Assembly: GCA_030390025.1 (NCBI GenBank)
Contig: JASTWF010000034.1
Span: forward strand, 620,001 to 684,000
Direction: 5' to 3'
Source: Squalus acanthias
Lineage: Eukaryota
Length of the DNA stretch: 64,000 nt
Part shown: piece by piece, positions 13,501 to 25,400 of the stretch
Numbering within the stretch: the first letter of the stretch is position 1
Layout: the number at the start of each line of letters is the position of its first letter
Program-made: the position numbers and the translations under genes
The notes under the pieces: model-generated
Databases searched by the model: none
The model's input: only the letters and a program-made list of their open reading frames with translations
Told to the model about the DNA's origin: nothing

Positions 13501-15345
13501 CATATAAACCCACACCCCTCGCTGTAACACTCTCTGATATACTCCATACCCCTCACTGTAACACTCTCTGATATACGCCATACCCCTCACTGTAACACTC
13601 TCTGATATACTCGTTACTCCATACCCCTCACTGTAACACTGTGTTAATTAACCCAACACCGCTCATTGTATTACTCTGATGTACCCCACACCCCTCACTG
13701 TAGATCTTTGATGTAAACGCACTGCCCTGACTACAACACTCTGATATACCCCACACACCCTCACTGTAAATATCGATATACACAACACCCCTCACTGTAA
13801 CACTCTGATATAAACCCACGCCCCTGACTATAACAGTATGATATACCACACACCCCTCAATGTAACACGCTGATGTACCCCACACCCCTCACTGTGACAC
13901 TCGGACATACGACACACGACTCACTGTAACTCTCTGATATACCCCAGACACCTCACTGTAACTCTCTGATGTACTCCACACCCCTCAATGTAACACTCGG
14001 ATATACACCACACACCTCACTACAATACGCTGATAAACCCCACACCCCTCACTGTAACACGCTGATAAACCCCTCAATGTAATTCTCTCTTACATACTGA
14101 TATACCCCACACCCCTTACTGTAACTCTCTGATAAACCCCACGCCCCTCACTGTAACACTGATATACCCCACACCCCTCACTGTAACTCTCTGATAAACC
14201 CCACGCCCCTCACTGTAACACACTGATAAACCCCACACCCCTCACTGTAACACTCTGATACACCACTCAATGTAATTCTCTCTTACATACTGACTACACC
14301 TCCCACCACTCACTGTAACACGCTGATAACCCCCACACCATTCATTGTAACACTCTGATACACCCCACACCCTCATTTGTAAACACTCTGACTAACCCCA
14401 CACCCCTCACTGTAACTCTTGATACACCCCTCAATCTAATTCTCTCTTACATACTGATATACCCCACCACACCCTCACTGTAATAATCTGATAAACCCCA
14501 CACCCCACACTGTTATCACTTGATATGCTGCACACCCCTCACTGTAACACACTGATATACCCCACACCCTCACTAACACTCTGATAAACCCCACCCCTCA
14601 TTGTAACACTCTGATACACCCCTCAATGTAATTCTCTCTAACACACTGATATACCCCACACCACTCACTGTAACACTCTGATAAACCCCACGCCACTCAT
14701 TGTAACACTCTGATACACCCCTCAATGTAATTCTCTCTTACATACTGATATACCCCTCACCCCTCACTGTAATACTCTGATAAACCCCACACCCCACACT
14801 GTTACACTCTGATAAACACCACACCACTCAATGTAACACACTGATATACCCCACACCCCTCACTAACACTCTGATAAACACCACACCCCTCATTGTAACA
14901 CTCTGATACACCCCTCAATGTAATTCTCTCTTACATACTGATATACCCCACACCCCTCACTGTAACTCTCTGATATACCCCACTTCCCTCACTGTAACAC
15001 TGATATACCCCACACCCCACACTGTTACACTCTGACATACCCCACACCCCTCACTGTAACACTGATATACCCCACACCTCACACTGTTACACTCTGATAT
15101 ACCCCACACCCCTCACTGTAACACTGATATACCCCACACCCCACACTGTTACACTCTGATGTACCCCACACCACTCACTGTAACACTCTGATATACCCCA
15201 CACCACTCACTGTAACACTGATATACACCACACCCCACACTGTAACTCTGATAAAACCCACACACCTCATTGTAACACTCTGATACACCCCTCAATGTAA
15301 TTCTCTCTTACATACTGATACACCCCACACCACTCACTGTTGTCA
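10515..15345. repeat. ~32-bp minisatellite, unit CCCCTCACTGTAACACTCTGATATACTCCATA / ...ATACCCCACA, interrupted by a CR1
   Basis: Directly visible. Homogeneous core ~11990-13600 with diverged flanks. Confidence 0.95.
11123..11951 (+). mobile_element. CR1 LINE 3' end with a nested opposite-strand CR1 tail (~11531-11695)
   Basis: IPGKAGLSYEMRL...GDLIEALKII...FRTEMR breaks at ~11530 and resumes at GACATTTCTTCACACAGAGGGTGGTG. It ends in a TTCTTACATTCTTATGTTCTTA tail. Confidence 0.92.
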
Positions 15346-15609
15346 CTGCCACTTTAATCCCATGGGCTTCAATGTTGGTAATATGTGATCCTTTATCAAG
15401 CACCTTTTGTAATGTTTGGGAAATTGGGAAAGTGTGAGTTGTATCAATCATACAACGATAGAATTGGAGATCCAAGTGCGGTTGACAATTTGTTTAGCGT
15501 ACTTGACGCCCCGCTCTGATCACAGGCCTCATCTGGTTTCAATCAATGAATTATAAAATCATTGATTTTAATCCTATTTTATTATTTCGATGTATTTGTT
15601 CTCAGACTA

Positions 15610-15787
15610 GGGGTGACGCTGTCAAGGTTGGTATCACTTGTCCATCCCTAGTTACCCATGAGAAAATGGTGGGCCTTCATCTTGATCCGCTGCAGTCCGT
15701 GTGGTGAAGGTACTCCCACAATACTGTTACTGAAGGATTTTCAAGCTTTTGACCCAGTGACGATGAAAGAACGGCGATATATTTGAA
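15610..15787 (-). mobile_element. Decayed 3' end of a non-LTR retroelement (same family as 34991-35345)
   Basis: Matches 35030-35190 (CCGCTGCAGTCC..GTGGTGAAGGTACTCCCACA..TTTTGACCCAG..GATGAA). Confidence 0.75.
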
Positions 15788-16171
15788 GGGTACGGTAGCA
15801 TAGTGGTTATGTTGCTGGACTCGTTAATACCAGATGACTCGACAAATGATCCAGAGACATGTGTTCAAATCCCAAAAGCTGGGGGAATTTAAATGCCATT
15901 AATTAAACAAATCTGGAATGAAAAGCTTGTGTAAATCTGGAATAAAACCCAATTGGTTCACTAATGGCCTTTTGGGAAGGAAATCTGCCTTCCTCACCTG
16001 TTCTGGCTGAAATGTGACTTCAGACCCACTGCAATGTGGTTGACTCTTAACTGGTCTCTGTAATGGGCCATCAAGACACTCGCTTGTCTCAGGCGGCTTA
16101 CCACCCCATTCTCAAGGGCAATTAGGGATGGGCAGTAAATGCTGGCCTTGTCAGTCGTGCCCACATCCCAA
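15788..16171 (+). mobile_element. tRNA-derived SINE with a LINE-derived 3' tail
   Basis: A-box-like GGTAGCATAGTGGTT, B-box-like GTTCAAATCCC, and a 3' tail CTCAAGGGCAATTAGGGATGGGCAGTAAATGCTGGCC shared with the LINE end at ~35000. Confidence 0.8.
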
Positions 16172-16479
16172 CAATTAGTTATTCAAATGATTTATTAAGT
16201 GTCAATGATTGAAAACGCATCATAATGGTCATAATGATTTATAAAGGGTTATAAAAGATCTGTAAAGTGGTGTAATGATTTTAAAGGTTTATAATGACTA
16301 AAAAAGTCCTGGTGCCAGGCCATCTCCTCCCAGGGCTGGGGTGCTCGGTGTCCTGTGGGCCGTGCCGGGCCAGGCTGCTCCGCCTCGCCGCCCGCTCTCA
16401 CAGTAACCGGGATTCCAACTGCTCCCGCCATCCGGACACTCACCTCCCGCCGCCAGGGAAAGACCCCGAGTGACGGCCG

Positions 16480-19400
16480 CAATCTTTGTACGGGGCCCCA
16501 GAGCCGCCATCTTTGTGCGGAGCCCTAGAGCCGCAATCCTTGTGCGGGGCCCCAGAGCCGCAATCGTTGTGCAGGGCCCCAGATCCGCCATCTTTGTGCG
16601 GGGCCCAATAGCCGCCATCTTTCAGTCGGGCGCAGGAGCCACCATTTTTGTGCTGGGCCCTAGAGCCGCCATCTTTGTGCTGGGCGTGGGGATGGGGGAG
16701 AGCCGCCATCATTGCGCGGGGCATCAGTGCCGCCATCTTTCTGCGGGGCGCGGGTGCCCCCACCTTTGTGCTTGGACCCAGAGCTGCCATTTGTGTGCGG
16801 GGCCCCAGAGCCGCCATCTTTCTGCTGTGTCCCAGAGCCGTCATCTTTCTGCTGGGTCCCAGAGCCGCCATCTTTGTGCCTGGACACAGAGCAGCCATCT
16901 TTGTGCTGGGTTCCAGTGCCGCCATCTTTTTGCAGTGCCCCAGAGGCGCCATCTTTGTGCGGAGCCCATGAGCCGCCATTTTTGGGCGGGAACCAGAGCC
17001 GCCATCTTTATGCGGAGCCCCGGAGCCGCCATCATTGTGCTTGCTCCCCAGAGCCGCCATCTTTGTGCGGAGCCCATGAGCCGCTATTTTTGGGCGCGAA
17101 CCAGAGCCGCCATCTTTATGCGGAGCCCCGGAGCCCCCATCATTGTGCTTGCTCCCCAGAGCCGCCATCCTTGTGCTGGGCCCGAGAGCTGCCTTCTTTG
17201 TGCGGGGAACTAGAGCTGCCATCTTTGTGCGGTGCCCCAGAGCCGCCATTTTTGTGCGGGAACCAGAGCCGCCATCTTTGTGCGGGGCCCCAGATCCGCC
17301 ATCTTTTTGCGGGAGCCCCGGAGCCTCCATTTTTGTGCGGGAACCAGAGCCGCCATCTTTGTGCGGGGCCCCAGATCCGCCGTCTTTGTGCGGAGCCCCG
17401 GAGCCTCCATCTTTGTGCTGGGCCCCAGAGCCGCCGTCTTTGTGCGGGGCCCCAGAGCCGCCGTCTTTGTGCGGGGCCCCAGAGCCGCCGTCTTTGTGCG
17501 GAGCCCCGGAGCCTCCATCTTTGTGCTGGGCCCCAGAGCCGCCGTCTTTGTGCGGGGCCCCAGAGCCGCCGTCTTTGTGCGGGGCCCCAGAGCCGCCGTC
17601 TTTGTGCTGGGCCCCAGAGCCGCCTTCTTTGTGCTGGGCCCAGAGCCGCCGTCTTTGTGCTGGGCCCCAGAGCCGCCGTCTTTGTGCTGGGCCCCAGAGC
17701 GCCGTCTTTGTGCTGGGCCCCAGAGCCCGCCGTCTTTGTGCTGGGCCCCAGAGCCGCCGTCTTTGTGCTGGGCCCCAGAGCCGCCGTCTTTGTGCTGAGC
17801 CCCAGACCCGCCGTCTTTGTGCTGGGCCCCAGAGCCGCCGTCTTTGTGCTGGGCCCCAGACCCGCCGTCTTTGTGCTGGGCCCCAGAGTCGCCGTCTTTG
17901 TGCTGGGCCCCAGACCCGCTGTCTTTGTGCTGGGCCCCAGAGTCGCCGTCTTTGTGCTGAGCCCCAGAGCCGCCGTCTTTGTGCGGGGACCCGGAGCCGC
18001 CATCGTTGTGCGGGGCCCACCCCAGAGCCGCCGTCTTTGTGCTGGGCCCCAGAGCCGCCGTCTTTGTGCGGGGCCCCAGAGCCGCCGTCTTTGTGCGGGG
18101 CCCCAGAGCCGCCGTCTTTGTGCGGGGCCCCAGAGCCGCCGTCTTTGTGCGGGCCCCAGAGCCGCCTTCTTTGTGCTGGGCCCCAGAGCCGCCATCTTTG
18201 TGCGGGGCCCCAGAGCCGCCATCTTTGTGCGGGGCCCCAGAGCCGCCATCTTTGTGCGGGGCCCCAGAGCCGCCATCTTTATGCGGGCCCCGGAGCCGCC
18301 ATCTTTATGCGGGGCCCCGAGCCGCCATCTTTGTGCGGGGCCCCAGAGCCGCCATCTTTGTGCGGGGCCCCAGAGCCGCCATCTTGTGCGGGGCCCCAGA
18401 GCCGCCATCTTTATGCTGGGCCCCGGAGCCGCCATCTTTATGCGGGGCCCCAGAGCCGCCATCTTTATGCGGGGCCCCAGAGCCGCCATCTTTGTGCGGG
18501 GCCCCAGAGCCGCCATCTTTGTGCGGGGCCCCAGAGCCGCCATCTTTATGCGGGGCCCCAGAGCCGCCATCTTTGTGCGGGGCCCCAGAGCCGCCGTCTT
18601 TGTGCGGGGCCCCAGAGCCGCCATCTTTGTGCGGGCCCCAGAGCCGCCATCTTTGTGCGGGGCCCCAGAGCCGCCATCTTTATGCGAGGTCCCCAGAGCA
18701 GCCGTCTTTGTGCTGAGCCCCAGACCCGCCATCTTTGTGCGTGGCCCCGAGAGCCGCCATCTTTGTGCGGGGCCCCAGAGCCGCCATCTTTGTGCTGGTC
18801 CCAGAGCCGCCATCTTTGTGCGGGGCCCCAGAGCCGCTGTCTTTGTGCTGGGCCCCGGAGCCGCCATCTTTGTGCTGGGCCCAGAGCCGCCGTCTTTGTG
18901 CGGGGCCCCAGAGCCGCCGTCTTTGTGCTGGTGCCCAGAGCCGCCATCTATGGTGCGGGCCCCAGAGCCGCCGTCTTTGTGCGGGGCCCCAGAGCCGCCA
19001 TCTTTATGCGGGTCCCCAGAGCCGCCATCTTTATGCGGGGCCCCGGAGCCGCATCTTTATGCGGGGGCACCGGAGCCGCCATCTTTGTGCGGGGCCCCAG
19101 AGCCGCCATCTTTGTGCGGGGCCCAGAGCCGCCATCTTTGTGCTGGGCCCCAGAGCCGCCGTCTTTGTGCGGGCCCCAGAGCCGCCGTCTTTGTGCTGGG
19201 CCCCAGAGCCGCCGTCTTTGTGCTGGGCCCCAGAGCCGCCGTCTTTGTGCTGGGCCCCAGAGCCCGCAGTCTTTGTGCTGGGCCCCAGAGCCCGCCGTCT
19301 TTGTGCTGGGCCCCAGAGCCGCCGTCTTTGTGCTGGGCCCCAGAGCCGCCGTCTTTGTGCGGGGCCCCAGAGCCGCCGTCTTTGTGCTGAGCCCCAGAGC

Positions 19401-22400
19401 CGCCATCTTTGTGCTGAGCCCCAGAGCCGCCGTCTTTGTGCGGGGCCCCAGAGCCGCCATCTTTGTGCTGGGCCCCAGAGCCGCCATCTTTGTGCGGGGC
19501 CCCAGAGCCGCCATCTTTTTGCGGGGAACCAGAGCCGCCCTCTTTGTGCGGTGCCCCAGAGCCGCCATTTTTGTGCGGCAACCAGAGCCGCCATGTTTAT
19601 GCGGGGCCCCGGAGCCGCCATATTTGTGCGGGGCCCCAGAGCCGCCATCTTTGTGCTGAGTCCCAGAGCCGCCATCTTTGTGCGGGTCCCCAGAGCCGCC
19701 ATCTATGTGTGGGACCCAGAGCCGCCATGTTTATGCGGGGCCCCGGAGCCCCCATATTGGTGCAGGGCCCCAGAGCCGCCATCTGTGTGCTGAGTCCCAG
19801 AGCCGCCATCTTTGTGCGGGTCCCCAGAGCCGCCATCTTTATGCGGTGCCCCGGAGCCGCCATCTTTGTGCGGGGCCCCGGAGCCGCCATCTTTATGTGG
19901 GGCCCCGGAGCCGCCATCTTTGTGCTGAGCCCCAGAGCCGCCATCTATGTGTGGGACCCAGAGCCGCCGTCTTTATGCGGGGCCCCAGTCCCGCCATCTT
20001 TATGCGGGGCCCCGGAGCGGCCATCTTTATGCGGGGCCCCGGTGCCGCCATCTTTATGCGGGGCCCCGGAGCCGCCATCTTTGTGCTGAGCCCCAGAGTC
20101 TCCATCTTTGTGCGGGGCCCCAGAGTCTCCATCTTTGTGCTGGGCCCCAGAGCCGCCATCTTTGTGCGGGGCCCCAGAGCCGGCATCTTTTTGCGGGGAA
20201 CCAGAGCCGCCCTCTTTGTGCGGTGCCCCAGAGCCGCCATTTTTGTGCGGCAACCAGAGCCGCCATGTTTATGCGGGGCCCCGGAGCCGCCATATTTGTG
20301 CGGGGCCCCAGAGCCGCCATCTTTGTGCTGAGTCCCAGAGCCGCCATCTTTGTGCGGATCCCAGAGCCGCCATCTATGTGTGGGACCCAGAGCCGCCATG
20401 TTTATGCGGGGCCCCGGAGCCCCCATATTGGTGCAGGGCCCCAGAGCCGCCATCTGTGTGCTGAGTCCCAGAGCCGCCATCTTTGTGCGGGTCCCCAGAG
20501 CCGCCATCTTTATGCGGTGCCCCGGAGCCGCCATCTTTGTGCGGGGCCCCGGAGCCGCCATCTTTTTGCGGGGCCCCGGAGCCGCCATCTTTGTGCTGAG
20601 CCCCAGAGCCGCCATCTATGTGTGGGACCCAGAGCCGCCGTCTTTATGCGGGGCCCCAGTCCCGCCATCTTTATGCGGGGCCCCGGAGCGGCCATCTTTA
20701 TGCGGGGCCCCGGTGCCGCCATCTTTATGCGGGGCCCCGGAGCCGCCATCTTTGTGCTGAGCCCCGGAGCCGCCATCTATGTGTGGGACCCAGAGCCGCC
20801 GTCTTTATGCGGGGCCCCAGACCCGCCATCTTTATGCGGGGCTCCGGAGCGGCCATCTTTATGCGGGGCCCCGCAGCCGCCATCTTTGTGCTGAGCCCCA
20901 GAGCCGCCATCTTTGTGCGGGGCCCCAGAGCCGCCATCTTTGTGCGGGGCCCCAGAGCCGCCGTCTTTATGCGCGGCCCCAGAGCCGCCATCTTTGTGCG
21001 GGGCCCCAGAGCCGCAATCCTTGTGCGGGGCCCCAGAGCCGCCATCTTTGTGCGGGGCCCCAGAGCCGCCGTCTTTATGCGGGGCCCCAGAGCCGCCGTC
21101 TTTGTGCGGGACCCCAGAGCCGCCATCTTTATGCAGAGCCCCGGACCCGCCATCTTTATGCGGGGCCCCGGAGCCGCCATTTTTATGCAGGGCCCAGGAG
21201 CCGCCACCTTTGTGCGGGGCCCCAGAGCCGGCATCTTTGTGCGGGGCCCCAGAGCCGCCGTCTTTATGCGGGGCCCCAGAGCTGCCATCTCTGTGCGGGG
21301 GCCCCAGAGCCGCCGTCTTTATGAGGGGCCCCAGAGCCGCCATCTTTGTGCGGGGCCACAGAGCCGCCATCTTTGTGAGGGGCCCCAGAGCCACCATCTC
21401 TGTGCGGGGGCCCCAGAGCCGCCGTCTTTATTAGGGGCCCAATAGCCGCCACCTTTGTGCGGAGCCCCATATCCGCAATCCTTGTGCGGGGCACCAGAGC
21501 CGCAATCCTTGTTCTGGGCCCCAGAGCCGCCATCTTTATGCGGGGCGCCAGAGCCGCCGTCTTTGTGCGGGGCCCCAGAGCTGCCATCTTTATGCGGGGC
21601 GCCAGTGCCGCCGTCTTTATGCGGGGCCCCAGAGCCGCCATCTAAGTGCTGAGCCCCAGAGCTGCCGTCTTTGTGCGGGGCCCCGGAGCCGCCGTCTTTG
21701 TGCGGGGCCCCAGACCCGCCATCTTTGTGCGGGCCCCAGAGCCGCCATCTTTGTGCGGGGCCCCAGAGCCGCATCTTTGTGCGGGGCCCCAGAGCCGCCA
21801 TCTTTGTGCGGGGCCCCAGAGCCGCCATCTTTGTGCGGGGCCCCAGAGCCGCCATCTTTGTGCGGGGCCCCAGAGCCGCCATCTTTGTGCGGAGCCCCAG
21901 AGCCGCCATCTTTGTGCTGGGCCCCAGAGCCGCCATCTTTGTGCGGGGCCCCAGAGCCGCCATCTTTGTGCGGGGCCCAGAGCCGCCATCTTTGTGCGGG
22001 GCCCCAGAGCCGCCATCTTTGTGCGGGCCCCAGAGCCGCCATATTTATGCGGGCACCCAGAGCCGCCATCTTTGTGCGGGCCCCAGAGCCGCCACCTTTG
22101 TGCGGGGCCCCAGAGCCGCCATCTTTGTGCTGAGCTCCAGAGCCGCCATCTTTGTGCGGGGCCCCAGAGCCGCCATATTTGTGCGGGCCCCAGAGCCGCC
22201 GTCTTTATGCACGGCCCCAGAGCCGCCATCTTTGTGCGGGGCCCCAGAGCCGCCATCTCTGTGCGGGGCCCCAGAGCCGCCATCTCTGTGCGTGGCCCCA
22301 GAACCGCCATCTCTGTGTGGGGCCCCAGAGCCGCCATCTTTATGCGGAGCCCCGGATCCGCCATCTTTATGCGGGGCCCCGGAGCCGCCATCTTTATGCG

Positions 22401-25400
22401 GGGCCCCGGAGCCGCCATCTTTATGAGGGGCCCAAGAGCCGCCATCTTTGTGCGGGGCCACAGAGCCGCCATCTTTGTGAGGGGCCCCAGAGCCGCCATC
22501 TCTGTGCGGGGGCCCCAGAGCCGCCGTCTTTATTAGGGGCCCAATAGCCGCCACCTTTGTGCGGAGCCCCATATCCGCAATCCTTGTGCGGGGCACCAGA
22601 GCCGCAATCCTTGTTCTGGGCCCCAGAGCCGCCATCTTTATGCGGGGCGCCAGAGCCGCCGTCTTTGTGCGGGGCCCCAGAGCTGCCATCTTTATGCGGG
22701 GCCCCCAGAGCCGCCGTCTTTATGAGGGGCCCCAGGGCCGCCATCTTTGTGCGGGGCCCCAGAGCCGCCGTCTTTTCTGCGGCGCCCCAGAGCCGCCATC
22801 TTTGTGCGGGGCCCCGAAGCCGCCATCTTTGTGCGGCTCCCCAGAGCCGCCATCTTTATGCGGGGCCCCAGAGCTGCCGTCTTTGTGCAGAGCCCGGAGC
22901 CTCCATCTTTGTGCGGGGCCCCGGATCCGCCGTCTTTGTGCGGGGCCCCAGAGCCGCAATCCTTGTGCGGGGCCCCAGAGCCGCCGTCTTTATGCGGGGC
23001 CCCAGAGCCGCCGTCTTTGTGCGGGACCCCAGAGCCGCCATCTTTATGCAGAGCCCCGGACCCGCCATCTTTATGCGGGGCCCGGAGCCGCCATTTTTAT
23101 GCAGGGCCCCGGAGCTGCCACCTTTGTGCGGGGCCCCAGAGCCGGCATCTTTGTGCGGGGCCCCAGAGCCGCCGTCTTTATGCGGGGCCCCAGAGCTGCC
23201 ATCTCTGTGCGGGGGCCCCAGAGCCGCCGTCTTTATGAGGGGCCCCAGAGCCGCCATCTTTGTGCGGGGCCACAGAGCCGCCATCTTTGTGAGGGCCCCA
23301 GAGCCACCATCTCTGTGCGGGGGCCCCAGAGCCGCCGTCTTTATGAGGGGCCCCAGAGCCGCCATCTTTGTGAGGGGCCCCAGAGCCGCCATCTCTGTGC
23401 GGGGGCCCCAGAGCCGCCGTCTTTATTAGGGGCCCAATAGCCGCCACCTTTGTGCGGAGCCCCATATCCGCAATCCTTGTGCGGGGCACCAGAGCCGCCA
23501 TCTTTATGCGGGGCGCCAGAGCCGCCGTCTTTGTGCGGGGCCCCAGAGCTGCCATCTTTATGCGGGGCGCCAGTGCCGCCGTCTTTATGCGGGGCCCCAG
23601 AGCCGCCATCTTTGTGCGGGGCCCCAGAGCCGCCATCTTTGTGCGGGGCCCCAGAGCCGCCATCTTTGTGCTGGGCCCCAGACCCGCTGTCTTTGTGCTG
23701 GGCCCCAGAGCCGCCGTCTTTGTGCTGGGCCCCAGAGTCGCCGTCTTTGTGCTGGGCCCCAGAGCCGCCATCTTTGTGCTGAGCCCCAGACCCGCCGTCT
23801 TTGTGCTGGGCCCCAGAGCCGCCGTCTTTGTGCTGAGCCCCAGAGCCGCCATCTTTGTGCTGAGCCCCAGAGCCGCCACCTTTGTGCGGGGCCCCAGAGC
23901 CGCCATCTTTGTGCTGAGCTCCAGAGCCGCCATCTTTGTGCGGGGCCCCAGAGCCGCCATATTTGTGCGGGGCCCCAGAGCCGCCGTCTTTATGCACGGC
24001 CCCAGAGCCGCCATCTTTGTGCGGGGCCCCAGAGCCGCAATCCATGTGCGGGGCCCCAGAGCCGCCATCTCTGTGCGTGGCCCCAGAGCCGCCATCTCTG
24101 TGCGGGGCCCCAGAGCCGCCATCTTTATGCGGAGCCCCGGATCCGCCATCTTTATGCGGGGCCCCGGAGCCGCCATCTTTATGCGGGGCCCCGGAGCCGC
24201 CATCTTTGTGCGGGGCCCCAGAGCCGCCATCTTTGTGCGGGGCCCCAGAGCCGCCATCTTTGTGCGGGGCCCCAGAGCCGCCGTCTTTATTCGGGGCCCC
24301 ATAGCCGCCACCTTTGTGCGGGGCCCCATAGCCGCAATCCTTGTGCGGGGCCCCAGAGCCGCAATCCTTGTGCTGGGCCCCAGAGCCGCCATCTTTGTGC
24401 GGGGCCCCAGAGCCGCCATCTTTGTGCGGGGCCCCAGAGCTGCCATCTCTGTGCGGGGGCCCCAGAGCCGCCGTCTTTATGAGGGGCCCCAGGGCCGCCA
24501 TCTTTGTGCGGGGCCCCAGAGCCGCCGTCTTTGTGCGGGGCCCCAGAGCCGCCATCTTTGTGCGGGGCCCCGAAGCCGCCATCTTTGTGCGGCTCCCCAG
24601 AGCCGCCATCTTTATGCGGGGCCCCAGAGCTGCCGTCTTTGTGCGGAGCCCCGGAGCCTCCATCTTTGTGCGGGGCCCCGGAGCCGCCGTCTTTGTGCGG
24701 GGCCCCGGATCCGCCATCTTTGTGCGGGTCCCCGGAGCCGCCATCTTTGTGCGGGGCCCCAGAGCCGCCGTCTTTGTGCGGGGACCCGGAGCCGCCATCT
24801 TTGTGCGGGGCCCACCCCAGAGCCGCCGTCTTTGTGCGGGGCTGCAGAGCCGCCGTCTTTGTGCGGGGCCCCAGAGCCGCTGTCTTTGTGCGGGGCCCCA
24901 GAGCCGCCGTCTTTGTGCGGGTCCCCAGAGCCGCCATCTTTGTGCTGGGCCCCAGAGCCGCCGTCTTTGTGCTGGGCCCCAGAGCCGGCGTCTTTGTGCT
25001 GGGCCCCAGACCCGCCGTCTTTGTGCTGGGCCCCAGAGCCGCCATCTTTGTGCTGAGTCCCAGAGCCGCCATCTATATGTGGGACCCAGAGCCGCCATGT
25101 TTATGCGGGGCCCCGGAGCCCCCATATTGATGCAGGGCCCCAGAGCCGCCATCTGTGTGCTGAGTCCCAGAGCCGCCATCTTTGTGCGGGTCCCCAGAGC
25201 CGCCATCTTTATGCGGGGCCCCGGAGCCGCCATCTTTGTGCTGAGCCCCAGAGCCGCCATCTATGTGTGGGACCCAGAGCCGCCGTCTTTATGCGGGGCC
25301 CCAGTCCCGCCATCTTTAGGCGGGGCCCCGGAGCGGCCATCTTTATGCGGGGCCCCGGTGCCGCCATCTTTATGCGGGGCCCCGGAGCCGCCATCTTTGT

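Noticed and set aside
15788..15875. tRNA-like A/B boxes
   Set aside because: These are SINE heads with no complete cloverleaf, and they continue into SINE body and LINE tail.
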